Below are positions 13,810-26,715 of a DNA stretch of 64,000 bases, piece after piece. Position numbers and translations under genes: made by a program. Under the pieces are notes generated by a model. The model worked only from the letters and a program-made list of their open reading frames with translations, ran no database searches and had not been told where the DNA came from. How positions within the stretch are numbered: the first letter of the stretch is position 1; each line of letters begins with the position of its first letter. This DNA is from Lama guanicoe. Lineage: Eukaryota. The stretch lies in contig MU053365.1 of assembly GCA_013239625.1 (NCBI GenBank), positions 1,708,115 to 1,772,114 on the forward strand, given 5' to 3'.

Positions 13810-14060
13810 AACGTATCTCTGGGGTCTGTGATGTCAAAATTAATTTCATAATAATTCTAAGATGTTATTTATGTTAACATGTGAAAGATTCATCATTGCT
13901 ATTTCACATGAATCAATAAATATTTTTTTAATTCTCAGTTTAAATGTCTAATGCAGTAAGTACTTATTATAATCGATGCAAACAGAAGCTCTTCAGAATA
14001 CAAAATAAATCCCAGAAGTATAATGGATCCAGAGACCCAAAAAGGGCTGAGAATTTTTTG
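13810..14060. mobile_element. Charlie1-derived hAT MITE
   Basis: Both Charlie1 subterminal motifs joined (gtcaaaattaatttcataataattctaagatgttattt / tatgttaacatg...gagacccaaaaagggctgagaa). Confidence 0.7.
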
Positions 14061-14102
14061 CTTTAGGGAAAAATGTCTTTAAAAAAAAACAAACAAACAC
14101 AA

Positions 14103-14788
14103 TGAAGTCTAGGATCAAATATAAAATTAGAGAAAATAGTCCTCACTTCTGATACTATCTGCAAATTTGAGAGAATCCCAAAATCAGCCTGAGATTTTAT
14201 AATTCATTAGAAGGACTCACAGAACTTACCAAAACTATTATACCATCATTACGGTTTATTTTGGGGAAAGGGTACAGATTAAAATTAGGCAAGGGAAAAA
14301 GTGCATAGAGCAGAGTCCAGGAGAAGTACTGAGTGCAGAGCTTCCATTTTCCTCTCCCTATGAAGTCAGGGCACATTGCTCTCTTGAAACTGATTTGTGA
14401 TAATATGCATGGAATATTGCCAACCAGTGGAACTCACATGAACTTGGTGTCCAGAGATTTGATTAGTGTATCATCATGTAGACATAACTGATTGACTGAT
14501 TGCCCATGTGGTTAATCTCAGTATCCAGGCAGACTGATGCCATCTGACCCAGAGCTCCTACTCTAAGTCACATTGTTAACCTTTTTGCTGTGGCCAGCCT
14601 CCAACTTAAGACCATATGGATATGGCTAGCTACCAGTCAAAACTATATTGTTAGACTATCCAGTATGACACAAGGCCCAGGCAAACAAAAACAGACATTC
14701 CTAAAATTTTCCAAGACCCTATAGATTACCTCCCAGATGCCAAAGGCCAGATCTTTTCTTTGGGCAAGTCCAAATTCTTTCCTACACA
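14103..14788 (-). mobile_element. MER21 (B/C-like) solo LTR
   Basis: cctcacttctgatact...tagaaggactcacagaac...gggtacagattaaaattaggcaaggg...ggccagatcttttctttgggcaag matches recalled MER21. Confidence 0.85.
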
Positions 14789-16359
14789 TACAAGTATATA
14801 CACAGATGTATTTTTCTATAACCTTTGTTCCAGAATATCGTGTCAACTATTCATATTAATTGTATTATTTCACTAATGTACCAAAATACTATTTTATAGA
14901 GAAAATTAGGGGGTAATTCTTGAGAACTGTAGTGTAGAAGCATTTTAGCCAATTACCAAAGTTCATGAGCACACACAATGCTATTTTTTTTTTACAGCCA
15001 CACATATCTTTTACACAGATTCTTAAGTTACAAAAATCAACACGTTAGCATGGGCCGTATTTTAAACTCTCTATAACATATAAAAATATGAGGCAAAAGC
15101 ATATAAGCTTAAATTATGCTTAGTAATCAGTTTTTCAATATTCTTGTTACTTAGAAATTATGTAGATACTCAACAATAGTATTTTTACTCAATTTAATAA
15201 CAGTCCAAGTTTTTAAGTTACCTAGCCACTTTGGCAATTATCCTCAAGGTGACATACTGACATACTACAAACGTAATTACTTTTGAAATAAAGTCTGTTA
15301 GAATAATGATTCAATATTGCTGAGCACAGGTTGTGGTTTTCATAATCTTAATTATTGAGGAGTGATGTTACCTCACTTGATCAAAAGACAAATCTAAGTG
15401 GAGTGGAATGAAATATATGCCTGCAATATACTTAATGATGGTAAGTCAGAGAAGACTTAGATGTTTTATTTAAAATTATTAAACTACTCTTGTTTACCAA
15501 AGATTTACTTTCATTATATGAAATTGGATTTCCTGAAAGATTTCTGAATTTGTTTCTATAAGAATAATTATTTTTAAATATAGCATGTTTAATATATTAG
15601 TTCAATTTCTCTATTTTCTGGCAATTTAAGGTATATTTGACTTTATATGTGCTTATTTATCTGTATAAGCCAATAAGAACAGATCTCTTTTAATTTAAGA
15701 AACCTTATAATCTATTTTTTAGTTCTCTCTGGAGATAAGAAAACATTGCACATTTGACACAATAAGACATAATAGCCTTTCTGAATTATCATACAGAGAC
15801 AGAACTTGCTACTAAAATTATCTAACTTTATCTCAACATCAAGAAACACAAGAGACTTAGAAACATAATAAACTCAGTTCAGATACCAAAGAACCCACTT
15901 ACTTCCTAGTGGGTAAAAAAGTTCTTAATTTATTTGATCTCAAAATAAGAGACAACAAACAAAAGTTAACAAGCTAGATTCTTTGTTTTCTTTCACCCAC
16001 CAGAACTCTATAATCCATTAATCCACTTATAGAGATCACTAAATGGTTAGACCATAAAACCAAATTCCCAGTCATTGCTGCCATCAATGGGGAATAACTA
16101 ATCAACCATAAAAGAAACAAAAACAAAACATTAAATCATCAGAGAGGAGGGAAAAAAAGACTAAAGAAACAGAGAGTCAGTGAAGATGCTGGGGATTCAC
16201 TTCTGGGAGTCAAGAAAATATATGATAAGGTTTAAGCTATCAGTAAGGTATATTTACTTCTCCAGCAATACAATCCACTATGAGTATCAACGGATGACCT
16301 TCAAAACATTGAAAAGTAAAAGATAAAATCATGACTCACACAAATACAGAAGTAAAAAT

Positions 16360-16943
16360 TTTCAAAGCTTTCATTTAATTCATTAATTAATTAGCAAAAG
16401 AGCTAGTAAGATGTTACAGCTGGTTCAAAGGAAAATTCTAAGTACCAACACTTAAATAGACCAATTGGGAATGCTGAAATGGAATTTACAAATACAGTAG
16501 ATGCAAAACTGGTTTCATCCACTGGATGAGGAGAGGAGTGATTTGTTTCTCCACCAAAAGGAAAGAAGTCTTCACACAGGAGTTAAAGTCATCCCTTTGT
16601 ATCCACTGGGAATTGGTTCCAGGACCCCAGGGGACACCAAAATCTGCAGATGCTCAAGTACCTTATATAAAATGGTAGAGTACAGTTGGCCCTCTTTATC
16701 CATGGGTTCACCCAATGCAGATGAATTTCTGTTGGACTGTATTTACATTTTTATCAGTTACCAACAATAAACAGAATTTTAAGTATCTCAAAAGACAATG
16801 AAAGAAGCAAACCTCATAAAATCAGAATTAGATAATGACTAGTTTTCCTGAATAAGCCTCTTTTGTTCATTTCAAAGTATTTCACAATTTTTTCTTATGA
16901 GATGCAGGCACAGTTCTGCATTTTGAGGTTACATTTCCCCACA
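16360..16943 (-). mobile_element. LTR37-like LTR, probable 5' LTR of the adjacent ERV, interrupted by a MER2-like element
   Basis: tcaaagctttcatttaattcattaattaat...agtaagatgttacagctggttcaaagg resembles recalled LTR37 reverse strand; ends ...ccaca. Confidence 0.55.
16586..16739. mobile_element. MER2-like Tigger MITE
   Basis: agtcatccctttgtatcc...ttggttccaggacccc...ccaaaatctgcagatgctcaagt; TA on both sides. Confidence 0.8.
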
Positions 16944-17439
16944 AAAGGAAGCTTGTTAGGCGTGTATAAATGTATTTTAAATTTCTTATTAGGTAGACTC
17001 TCCGAAGAGACAGTTTGGTGCTCAAGTTTGAACCTGTGGCTATTCCTTTCCTTCCAGTGTGACAGAGTCACAGGTAGAACCAGGGCAGCAGGGCAATTAT
17101 TTGTCTACTCATTTCCTTGTATTTATCTGAAGCCAGATAGGTGGAGTAAACCCAATGATCAACTACAGACTGTTACAAATGCTCCTGAACTGCAACATTT
17201 TAGATGTAAAACAGAGTAAATTTTATGTTACGTGAATTTTGCCACAGAAAAGGAGGAACAAGAAAAATCAGTCAGAGAGATCGACCCCATTCATAGAAAT
17301 GAAAACAAGATTTATACAGGTACTGATAACCTATATGAGAACATGTGTAAGCAATTTGTGATTTAGAAAGAAAAGATTATATTTGTAAATTAATTTTTTA
17401 AAAAGGAGTTCTGTAAGAGGAAAATCACTCCAGGAAGGA

Positions 17440-17600
17440 CTGTTTAACTTTGTAGAGTGCTATTGAGGGTTTTGTATAAGGAAAATAGAAATGTTCTCAT
17501 AGGTTTAGCAACACGGACGTTGTTGGTAATTTTGATAACAGCTTTTTTAGGGTAGAATCATAAACCAGAATGAAGTAGGTTGAAGGGAAATTGTGATTTT
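17440..17600 (-). mobile_element. L2 fragment
   Basis: tttagcaacacggacgttgttggtaattttgataacagc...gttgaagggaaattg resembles L2 reverse strand. Confidence 0.55.
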
Positions 17601-18869
17601 TAAAAAAATTCCCTCTATGCTTTTTAAAAAAAAGGTTTCTTTAAGTAACACAAATAACTTTTGTTATTAGAAATATACATAAATACATACTCAATTTATC
17701 TAAATTTTCTCATGTTGCATGTGTATTTGTCAGTGTGTGAAATTTTTTACAACATTATTAAACAAATATTATACTTTAAAAATTTCTTGCACTCTACTAA
17801 CTTGAATTTTTCCTACCCCCACCCTACACTTTAATATATTTTTGTTTACTATTTCAACTAGTGAAAACTAATGTTGGTCTTAAAAAACTTAAAGCTATGA
17901 ATATAAAAAATAATGCATTATAACTGTAAAGTATTTTTTTAAATAAGTGAGAATTGTGGAAAGAAAAACAATCACTTGAAATCCCATCACCTAGTGAAAA
18001 TCAATACAGAATTCTTAATATAATCCATGGTCTATGTGGCCAAGTCTCTGCAGGGAGCTGCATTACAGAATCAGTATAGTTGCTAGAAGAAATTTTACAA
18101 GAACACTACATTGATTTTCATCACCTTGAAAAACATTATAAAGTATTCACTTCATACACCACGGCAACATTTCTCAGAATTATCTTTCCTTTCCATTCCA
18201 ACTCTCTCATCCTTAGAAACGACTTTATACTTTATCATTCAGCAAAGCACAGACTCTTTCTCTGATAACCTGTCAGCTCTTCTGTCATGCTTGCTTCTCC
18301 TTTTCAGGTCTTAATGAAGTTGATTAAATTAGGTCATCTGGATTGTTTTCTAGTTTTTTCTACTCACTGATACTGCTTTACTAAAATCTCATGTGTCAGT
18401 TTGGCAAATACAGACCCGTACTTAGGGAATTTGGGAAGGGAAAGAACTGAGCTAGCAAAAGCAAAACTTGTTTGGGGAGAGAGTGAATGCTCACACGTTA
18501 GTGCACTTTTCCCTGCCAGACATTCAAGTTAGTGAATCTTTATTACACCTGTGAGGAGATGCATACACTTTAATTACGCTATCAAGACTATCTAATATTA
18601 ATTCAAGCCTATCCCCATCCACTTGTTCTACAGAGTGAATCAAGTTCCTCTTGGATATTTTTGAAAGTATTACCACTCTCTGCTGGTTTAGGCTCTTCTT
18701 CCAAATCTCTGTTTGAATTGTGTTTCCAAGTGGGCAACCAAGCCACTCTTCTCCCTCCCCCTACCCCGACCCCCACATACCCACATCTACCTAGGTCTAT
18801 ATCTCTAATTAAGTGAGGAATATGGTGAATTTTAAAATTATTTTCTTTATGAAAGCAGTTGTCCACTAA

Positions 18870-20260
18870 ATGCCTCTTACCTCTAAGACCACTCCTTCCA
18901 GCCAGACCCTGACAACCACTAATTTGTTCTCTGTCTCTGTGGATTTACATATTATGGATATTTCATGTAAATGGAATCATGCAACATGTGGCATTTTCTG
19001 TGTGACTTTTTCACTTAGCATAGTATTTTCAAGGGTTAATTTATGTTGTAGCATTTATCAGTAAAGTTGGCCTTTGAACAAATGGGTTTGAACTGTGCAG
19101 GTCTGCTTATACATGGATTTTTTTTTTAATAAATACGTACATGGTAATATATGATCCACAGTTGATTGAATCTGTGGATTTGGAACTGTGGATATGGAGG
19201 GCCAAAAAACATTTGGATTTTTTCTACTTTAGGGCTGCTGTGAATAGTGCCAGTACAAACATTGTTTGAACAACTGTTTTCAATTATTTGAGATATATAA
19301 CTAGGAGTAGAATTGCTGGGTCATATTCTATTTAACTTTTGAGGAACTACCAATACTGTATCTCACAGCAGCTACATAATTTTACATTCCCATCAGCAAT
19401 ATATGAGGGTTCCAATTTCTCCACATCCTCTCCATCACTTATTACTTTCATTTTTAAAATTATAGCCCTCCTACTGGATGTGAAGTGGTATTTCAGTGTG
19501 GTTTTGACTTGCATTTCTCTACCAATTAATGATGTTGAGCATCTTTTTGTTTGCTTGTTGGCCATTTGTGTGTCTTCTTTGGATGAATGTTTGTTCAAGC
19601 CCTTTGCCCATTTTTTACTGGGTTGTTTGTCTTTCCGTTGAGTTGTAAGAGATTTTTGTATACTCTGGATACTAGATCCTTACCAGATACATGTGGTGTC
19701 TTCTTGAATCATTTGCTAGTATCCTTTGATACACAAAATTTTTTATTTTGATGAAGTTCAATTTATCTAAATTTTTCTCATGTTGCATGTGCATTTGTTG
19801 TTATATTTAAGAATGCACTACCAAAACCAAGATTTTCTTAGGTGTTTCTGGTGCTTCTCCAGGCTTGTAGCATTCTCCCTAGCCCATTATGCACCAAGAG
19901 TTTACTTCTCTAAGTTTTGTGATTTTAAGTTTAATATCTATATCTTTAATTCATTTTAAGTTAAATTCTGTAGATAGTGTGAGGTAAAGTCCAATTTAAT
20001 TCTTTTTCATATAAACATCTACTTGTCCCAACACCATTTATTGAAGAGACTATTCTTTCCCCACTGAATGATCTTGGCACCCTGGTCAAAAATCATTTGA
20101 CCATAGATACATAGGTATATATCTGAAATCTTAATTCTAATCCATTTGTTTATATGTCTATTTTTATGTGATTAACACACTGTTTTGATTACTGGAGCTT
20201 TGTAGCAAGTTTTGAAATTAGGAAGTGTGAGTCCTATCAATGTTACTTAAAATTTAAGAT
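18870..20260 (-). mobile_element. L1MB-like 3' region
   Basis: ORF 19347-19598 (HSSKEDTQMANKQTKRCSTSLIGREMQVKTT) is L1 ORF2 C-terminus; 3'UTR motifs at 18900-19060. Confidence 0.85.
19064..19205. mobile_element. Partial Tigger2-family MITE inside the L1
   Basis: agttggcctttgaacaaatgggtttgaactgtgcaggtc matches one Tigger2 TIR. Confidence 0.75.
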
Positions 20261-20479
20261 TGTCTATTCAGTCCTCAGAATGAACCAACCTTGCCAACAC
20301 TCGGTCTCAGACTCTCAGACTACTAGCCTCCACCTTGGGCAAAAGGTTACAGTTGGGGAATAGCATAGACACAGTAAAAGCCTGGGATGAAAAGCTAGGA
20401 AGAGAAGTGCTTAGGTGAATAAGGATTTTGAAAAACACCTGTGTATAGGGGAAATCTAGCAAGCCACATGCAAGACTGT

Positions 20480-20665
20480 ATGACATTATAATATTTATAA
20501 TTTAGTCTGTTGATGTGGTAGATTATATTGCTTAATTTCCTACTGTTGAACCAGCCTTGCATACCTGAAATAAATACCACTTACTAGTGGTGTATAGTTC
20601 TTTGTATACATTGTTGAATTGTATTTGCTAAGATATTGTTGAGGATTTTTATATCTATGTGCAGG
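20480..20665 (-). mobile_element. L1 ORF2 fragment
   Basis: Translation FISGMQGWFNSRKLSNIIYHINR is an L1 RT motif. Confidence 0.85.
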
Positions 20666-20669
20666 AAAT

Positions 20670-21920
20670 TGTGAGAGAAGTTAGATAAAGATTAAAGAAA
20701 ATGTTTGAAAAAATGGAGAGAGATATCCTTCTCACTGGTGGGAAGGTTCAGTATTTCACAGATCTCAGTTCCCTTCAGGTTAGCCTATAGATTTATAGAA
20801 ATTTCAATCAGAATTCTCAGCAGGCTTTTAGAGACATTGAAAAATTGTTCTAAAATTTAAATTGAATTGTGAGGGATCTAGAATAGTGTAAACAATCATG
20901 AAAAGGAACAAAAAGTTTGGAAGACATATAGCAACTGGGAGTAGCTCTAACAAAAGATGTAAAAGACCTCTATAATTAAACTATTAAACATTGTTGAGAA
21001 AAATTAAATAGATCACTTAAATAAAATGAAGAACATCCCATATTTATAGATGGGAAGCCTCAATATTATGAAATATCATTTCACTGATAATCAATATGAT
21101 CCCAATCAAAAGCCCAATAGGTTTATTTTTGTAGAAACTGTCAAGCTGACTTTAAAATTTTAATGGAAACTCAAAGGGCCAAATATAGGCAAGGCAATTT
21201 TGCAGCAGAATAAGCAAGTTGGAAGATTTACTATAGTAGATATAAGACCGATTAGTAAGTCATAGTATTTAAAATTGTATGATATTGCTGAAAGGATAGA
21301 CAGACTGACAAATGGAAAAGAATAGAGAGTTCAGAAGCAGACCTACCCATATATGTTTACTTGATTTGTGACTAAAGGAACACTGAATTGCAATGATGAG
21401 ATTTGAGCATATGCACACCTCTTGACCTTGAATGCCATTCCTAGGTATGTACCCAATATGAACATGAAATATTTTCATAAAATCTCTATTCATAAAAGTT
21501 ACTCAGTAGTAGAATGGATAATTAAGTTGTGGTGTAGTCATACAATGGAATACTATATACTGCAATACTGTATAACAATGAGAATAAATAATTGATAATG
21601 ACATGCAAAATCATGAATAAGTCTTACAGACATAATAATTATGAGTGAAGTGCTGGACAAAAGAATATATACTTCATGATTTCATTTATATCAAGATTGA
21701 AAGCTGGCAAAACTTCTCTATGGTGTTAAAAATCAGGAGAGTGTTTACTCTTGGGAAAAATATTGTATGGGAATGAGCATAATAGATTCTTGGATGATAA
21801 TGTTCTGTTTCTCGATCTGGGGGCTAATTGCATGAGTTTTTTTAGTTTTGAAAATAATTTGAGCTGCACACTTGTGATGTGAGTACTTTTATGTATATAT
21901 ATTGCATTTATATGAAAAGG
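20670..21920 (+). mobile_element. Old L1 ORF2 and 3'UTR fragments (L1MC/ME-like), at least two pieces
   Basis: Two successive copies of the same ORF2 segment (20690-20930 and 20945-21400), then an L1M 3'UTR. Confidence 0.75.
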
Positions 21921-22913
21921 AAGAAAACTTGATATATAAAGAAAATCTGAGAATAAGTTAAGCTCTACATTCTTGTAAAATGAATTTCCAAGACGCTTCT
22001 AATTGAAGCCACTTTTGTGTGAAACTAGTTGAAGAAAGTGTTTATTGGGAGGGCCATGACGTCATACACAAAATACTTTTGGAACAGCTGTAATACACGC
22101 ACAAATTGCATAAAGATCCTGATATATTATTCCATGGAACGGTGTTCATCATACAGTGTAAATTTCAAGTCATAAACCTCTAATTATAAATGGTGTAACT
22201 TCCTAGAAATTTTATATCTGATACATCACTTACTGTACGAAAGATAATTGTTTTGAGTTGCACCTGCTGAATATGTAATATCGCATCCATTCTACCAGAA
22301 ATATCAGTGCAAGTTGTGATTTGGTGATCTATGTATCTATGTATCTGTCTGTCTAGGCAGTCTGCATATTTTCACTTTTCAGTTCAGTGTTGATACACAT
22401 TTAGGCATATTTAAAGTTTATATAGAGATGAAATATAACAATAGACTAGAGATTACTATGCAGACACCTGCAATGCTGCAATTATCTAGGGAAAATTAGA
22501 TCCATTTATTTTGTAGTTCCATTGGTTACCCACACTCTGCATTCCAATTCCTCTACTCTGTTGTCCATTGTAGTTTGTTGGAAAATGCTCTTGCTGAAAG
22601 AGTTTGGACTCAAAATCTGATAGCACTGTATAAGATACACACCACAATTTACTAAATTAAGAATAAACCGTTGCATCAAACTCACATATTTCATTTATTA
22701 TTTTCCTCATTCCGTTGTAGAATAAGGCTATTTGAGGAATTTCATGAAGTCCTATAGCAGAAAAGTACTACTATGTTGATCCTCCACCCCGCAACCCACA
22801 CAAAAAATGATGCCTGGAAGTTGAGGTATCATTTCCTTGGTGATAATTATGTCTCTTCCAAGCTGCTATAATTCTACACTATTTGAACAGCAGAAGCAAT
22901 TGAGGATTACCCC

Positions 22914-23142
22914 TCATTCAATTCTGTTTGCTAGAATAATAGAGAGGGTTATGTGGATACATATATTTGTGAAATAAGTTTAAATAAACATAAGCATGAA
23001 TTTATAAGAGAGCTTCCATGCAAATGCTATTCAGTTGTGTTTACTGAAATAGTAGAACATGTTATGTGGACACATATATTTAGGAAATAATGTTTAAAAA
23101 ATATAAGCAGGCTTTTTTACAGGAAAGCTTTCATGCAAATGA
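22914..23142. repeat. Old tandem duplication, period about 113 bp
   Basis: gttatgtgga.acatatattt at 22948 and 23061; agctt.catgcaaatg in both copies. Confidence 0.85.
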
Positions 23143-24649
23143 TAATGTACACTACCAACCTCCAAGAGAGGAATAGACTTTGAAATTTCCCGAAATTATT
23201 TACCAAAGAAGTCTTTCCTGAGAAACACATCTCCAAGAACATAGCTTAGAAGTTTCTAACCTGGATGAGCTCTACCTTTTCTCTTACCTGTGCTCATCTG
23301 TTATTTCTATAGAATCTACTTGAACAGTGCCACTTGCCTTTGCCCTTCCTTTAAAATCTCGCTACCAGTATTCTTGTTCAGGTCCGGATGACGTTTTGCC
23401 AGGACTACTGCTGTAGCTTTCTGATGCAGAGTCTCATCAGATGTCCTCAGGGAGCAACGGCTGTGTAGAATGCTACATCTGAGTCGTGGAGTTCATGTGT
23501 TGCTTCTATGAGATGTCATATTAATTCCCCTGTATACCCACTTCTCATCTCCAGGAAAGTTGTCTCTTTTTTATGCAGCTATATTTCTAGCACCTAGTAG
23601 ATTGCCCATTATACATTATATGCTTTAGGAATTTCAGTTGATTGCTTCTTAGGGAATAATGGATGAATACAATTAGGTTTGCCTTCGTTATAGGATTTCT
23701 CAGAGTTTTTCTATGCTAATATGCAGATTAAATATCCAAATAGGACATAGAATGTGTGTTTTTAACCAAAATTTGGGGGCATAAAAAGGTTTTGTTTTGT
23801 TTTGTTTTTACAGAAAATTCATTAGCATCTTATGGAACATACCTCCGGTGACATTTCTCAGTATTGTTTTTCTCTAGCTGTTATCCAGGAATGAACTCTG
23901 TCTTTTAAAATTCTGATAGTCTTAGTTTCAAAGCAAGATTTTAGGATTTTCATTTGTTATGAAGACAGGAACCAAAAAAAGAGGAGGAAAAGTCAATCAT
24001 ACTTATGTGTTAATGCTCTTCAAAATCACAGCTGCGTGTCTTCATTCTCATTCTGGAAAATGCTCTATATACTCTGACGGAATAAACAAATGATAAAATT
24101 AATTTTAAATGGTATTTAAGCCTGGGAAAAATCAGCCAAATGGATTTAGAGGGACAGCTCCTTGTCATAAAGAATATTAAGAGAAGAATGGAGGACAATA
24201 TTTTGGGGGTTTGCTAAAATTGAGATCAAGTTTGCAAGTACAGGGAGTGCAAGACAAAAATAAAGATATTTCTATTTAATTGGATTTATAAAATTCTAAT
24301 TGCTTTTCTTATGGGATGCACAATATCCTTCTGAACAGAATTTTCACCAGCATCGATAACATTACCACATATTTAGAGAACTGAAGAAATAAAGTCTGTA
24401 TTTAACTAATTCTGGGTAGTGGTTGATATGTAGGGAAAGATTGTTAGAAGTTTTGAATTAGCTTGTAATCCCCAAATACCCTACATTTTCTTGAACTAAA
24501 ATCCTTTCTAATTTCAGAGATGAGTAAAACATTTTTCATTCATGTCAGAAAGTCATGCTTAATCGCTTCCACATGAGACCAGCGCAGTAACAACTCTTGC
24601 ATCTCTCTTTGTGTTTCTAGCTTAATATTTGGCTCTCAAATAGGATGCA

Positions 24650-24878
24650 TGTTGATTAAAACATGGTTTCTGGAGCCAGGCTGATTTAGTTTGAACCCTG
24701 CTTCTTAGCTCTGTGAACTTGAGCAGGGTGTTTAACCTTTTTGTGCCTCAGTTTCCTTGTAGGATAGGACTAATAACGCTACTTCCTCAGATTTATTATT
24801 GGGTTTAAACAAGTTAAATATAATAACACATATGGTAGTGCCTGGCCCATGACAGGTGTATATAAATGTTTGCTATAT
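24650..24878 (+). mobile_element. MIR SINE
   Basis: tctggagccagg...tgtgaacttgagcagggtgtttaacc...tgtgcctcagtttcc...agtgcctggc is the MIR core. Confidence 0.85.
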
Positions 24879-26459
24879 GAAACAAAGAGAATCTTAAAGA
24901 TAAGGAAATAACAGGGTGAATAAGAGTCAAATATGCTTGGGGAAGCACATTGCTCACTTTATGAATAATAGTAGACTAGTGTTTAAATCTTCTGGAGAGT
25001 TAGAGAACACTTGCTCTATTTTCACACCAGGTCGAAAATTCAAAGAGAGAAGTACAAATCAGTTCACAGATAGTGAAGCAGAGCAAAGGCGGTGACTGTG
25101 GGTGCCCCTGGGACTTGGAGTCAAACCAAGGAGAAAAGTCGTCTGATTTGATGGACGCAATAGAAGAATGTGGAGCCCTAAGGTGGTCTGTGCTTCTATC
25201 ATTCACAAAGGCAACGTTCCTTAAAGAGAGCAAGCTTCGGGACACATTTGCAGACTATGTACAAAGCATAGTTTAGAGATAGATACATTTCCTAACATCT
25301 TCTTAGAGGCCTTCAATACAGAGCAATTATTTACGAGTTGGGACTAGGCTAGATGGGAGAATCTTCACTCCAGACTGCTGAGCAGAAATGATTTGAGATG
25401 AAAAACCAGAGGCATATGATACTCAAAGATGTGCTCATTTTCTTGCTTTCAGGTCATAAAGGAGTTATATCTCATAGTTGACCGACCATTATGTTTCTTA
25501 ACAAAGCTTACATTGCACCGTTTCACTTTTGACTCAAACGCTGGATATGAAATTGAAAGAAACTAATTTCTGAGGTTGCAAAACTTGCACACTGCAGTTA
25601 GAAAACCTTCCTTCTTGAGTGCTTTGGAGTTCCCCAGTGCCATTCATGTGCTCCCAGTTAAAGCTGGTCAGATCCCAGTTAATACCGAATACTTCATGGG
25701 AGTGTTTGATCTTTCTTCCAAGTAATCCTTGCTGCTTTTTATAAATTCCCTTATCATGTAGGCATTACCTTTAGATAAAGTAGCAAATGAATTTCTCATT
25801 TCTCCATTTTGATGACAATGCTGTGAGAATCAGAGGAAATGATACACCCGAGCTTGCCATTTGGAGGTTTAACAACCATACCTCTTTTTTTCCCTCACAT
25901 TTGAGTGAGAACATTCTGTTCTCTTGGCTTTTAATTACCTGAAAAAAATCATCTGGAATTTAGAACAAAGCAAGCATCTCTTTTATTTTGAAATTGATTT
26001 TAATTTTCAAAGACTATAAATAATTTTACACAAAATTATTCCTTTCTTATTCTGGAGAAACAGGAGTGTTAAAACAGAAAATTACCAGTGGGTGGATAAA
26101 TTAATAATATATTGTTTGATTAATAATATTGCTTAATAAATAACCTAAATGAACTAAAATTAATTAATATTAATGCATCCAAAAGGAAAAAACTACAATG
26201 ATTATAAAAACAAATTTTGTTTAAGGCTTGAGGCTTGTGTTGAAAAGGACTTCACATTTAATTGGTGGAGCCATGCTGAACTGGCTCATGAATCTATAGT
26301 GAGATAGGCTTTGGTTAATTATTTTTCCTTTTGTTCTGTAGCATTAGTAATTTTTACAACTTTACAAGATCCTATACAGATTCATTAATTTAACCCAGGG
26401 AGATCTGATAATGACTTATAGATTCTTTCCCTCACCCCCGAGGCAAAGCTTCTACTATA

Positions 26460-26715
26460 TTTATTTTTAACACCTTTATTATGGTATGATTCCTATACAG
26501 TAAACTACATGTATTTCAGGTGTACAATTTGATGAATCTGATAGATATATACACCCATGAAACCATCACCACAATCAAGATAGCTAACATTTCCATCACT
26601 CCCCAAGAGATGCAAATTTCAAATTCCCAATTTATCTCTTCCCACCTTCTTTCCTTCCTGGTAACCGTAAGTTTGTTCTCTATGTCTGTGATTCTGTTTA
26701 TGTTCTTTCTTTCAG
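26460..26715 (-). mobile_element. L1 3'UTR fragments
   Basis: atacacccatgaaaccatcaccacaatcaagata; ggtaaccgtaagtttgttctctatgtctgtg. Confidence 0.75.

Larger units (their letters stand above)
10000..16350 (-). mobile_element. Decayed ERV1 internal region (MER4-group / LTR37-int-like), no intact ORFs
   Basis: 12060-12620 and 14800-15900 resemble recalled MER4-group internal consensus (ggccagttttcctagga...gccttggttatatgatca; ttgtttaccaaagatttact); left boundary uncertain. Confidence 0.6.
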
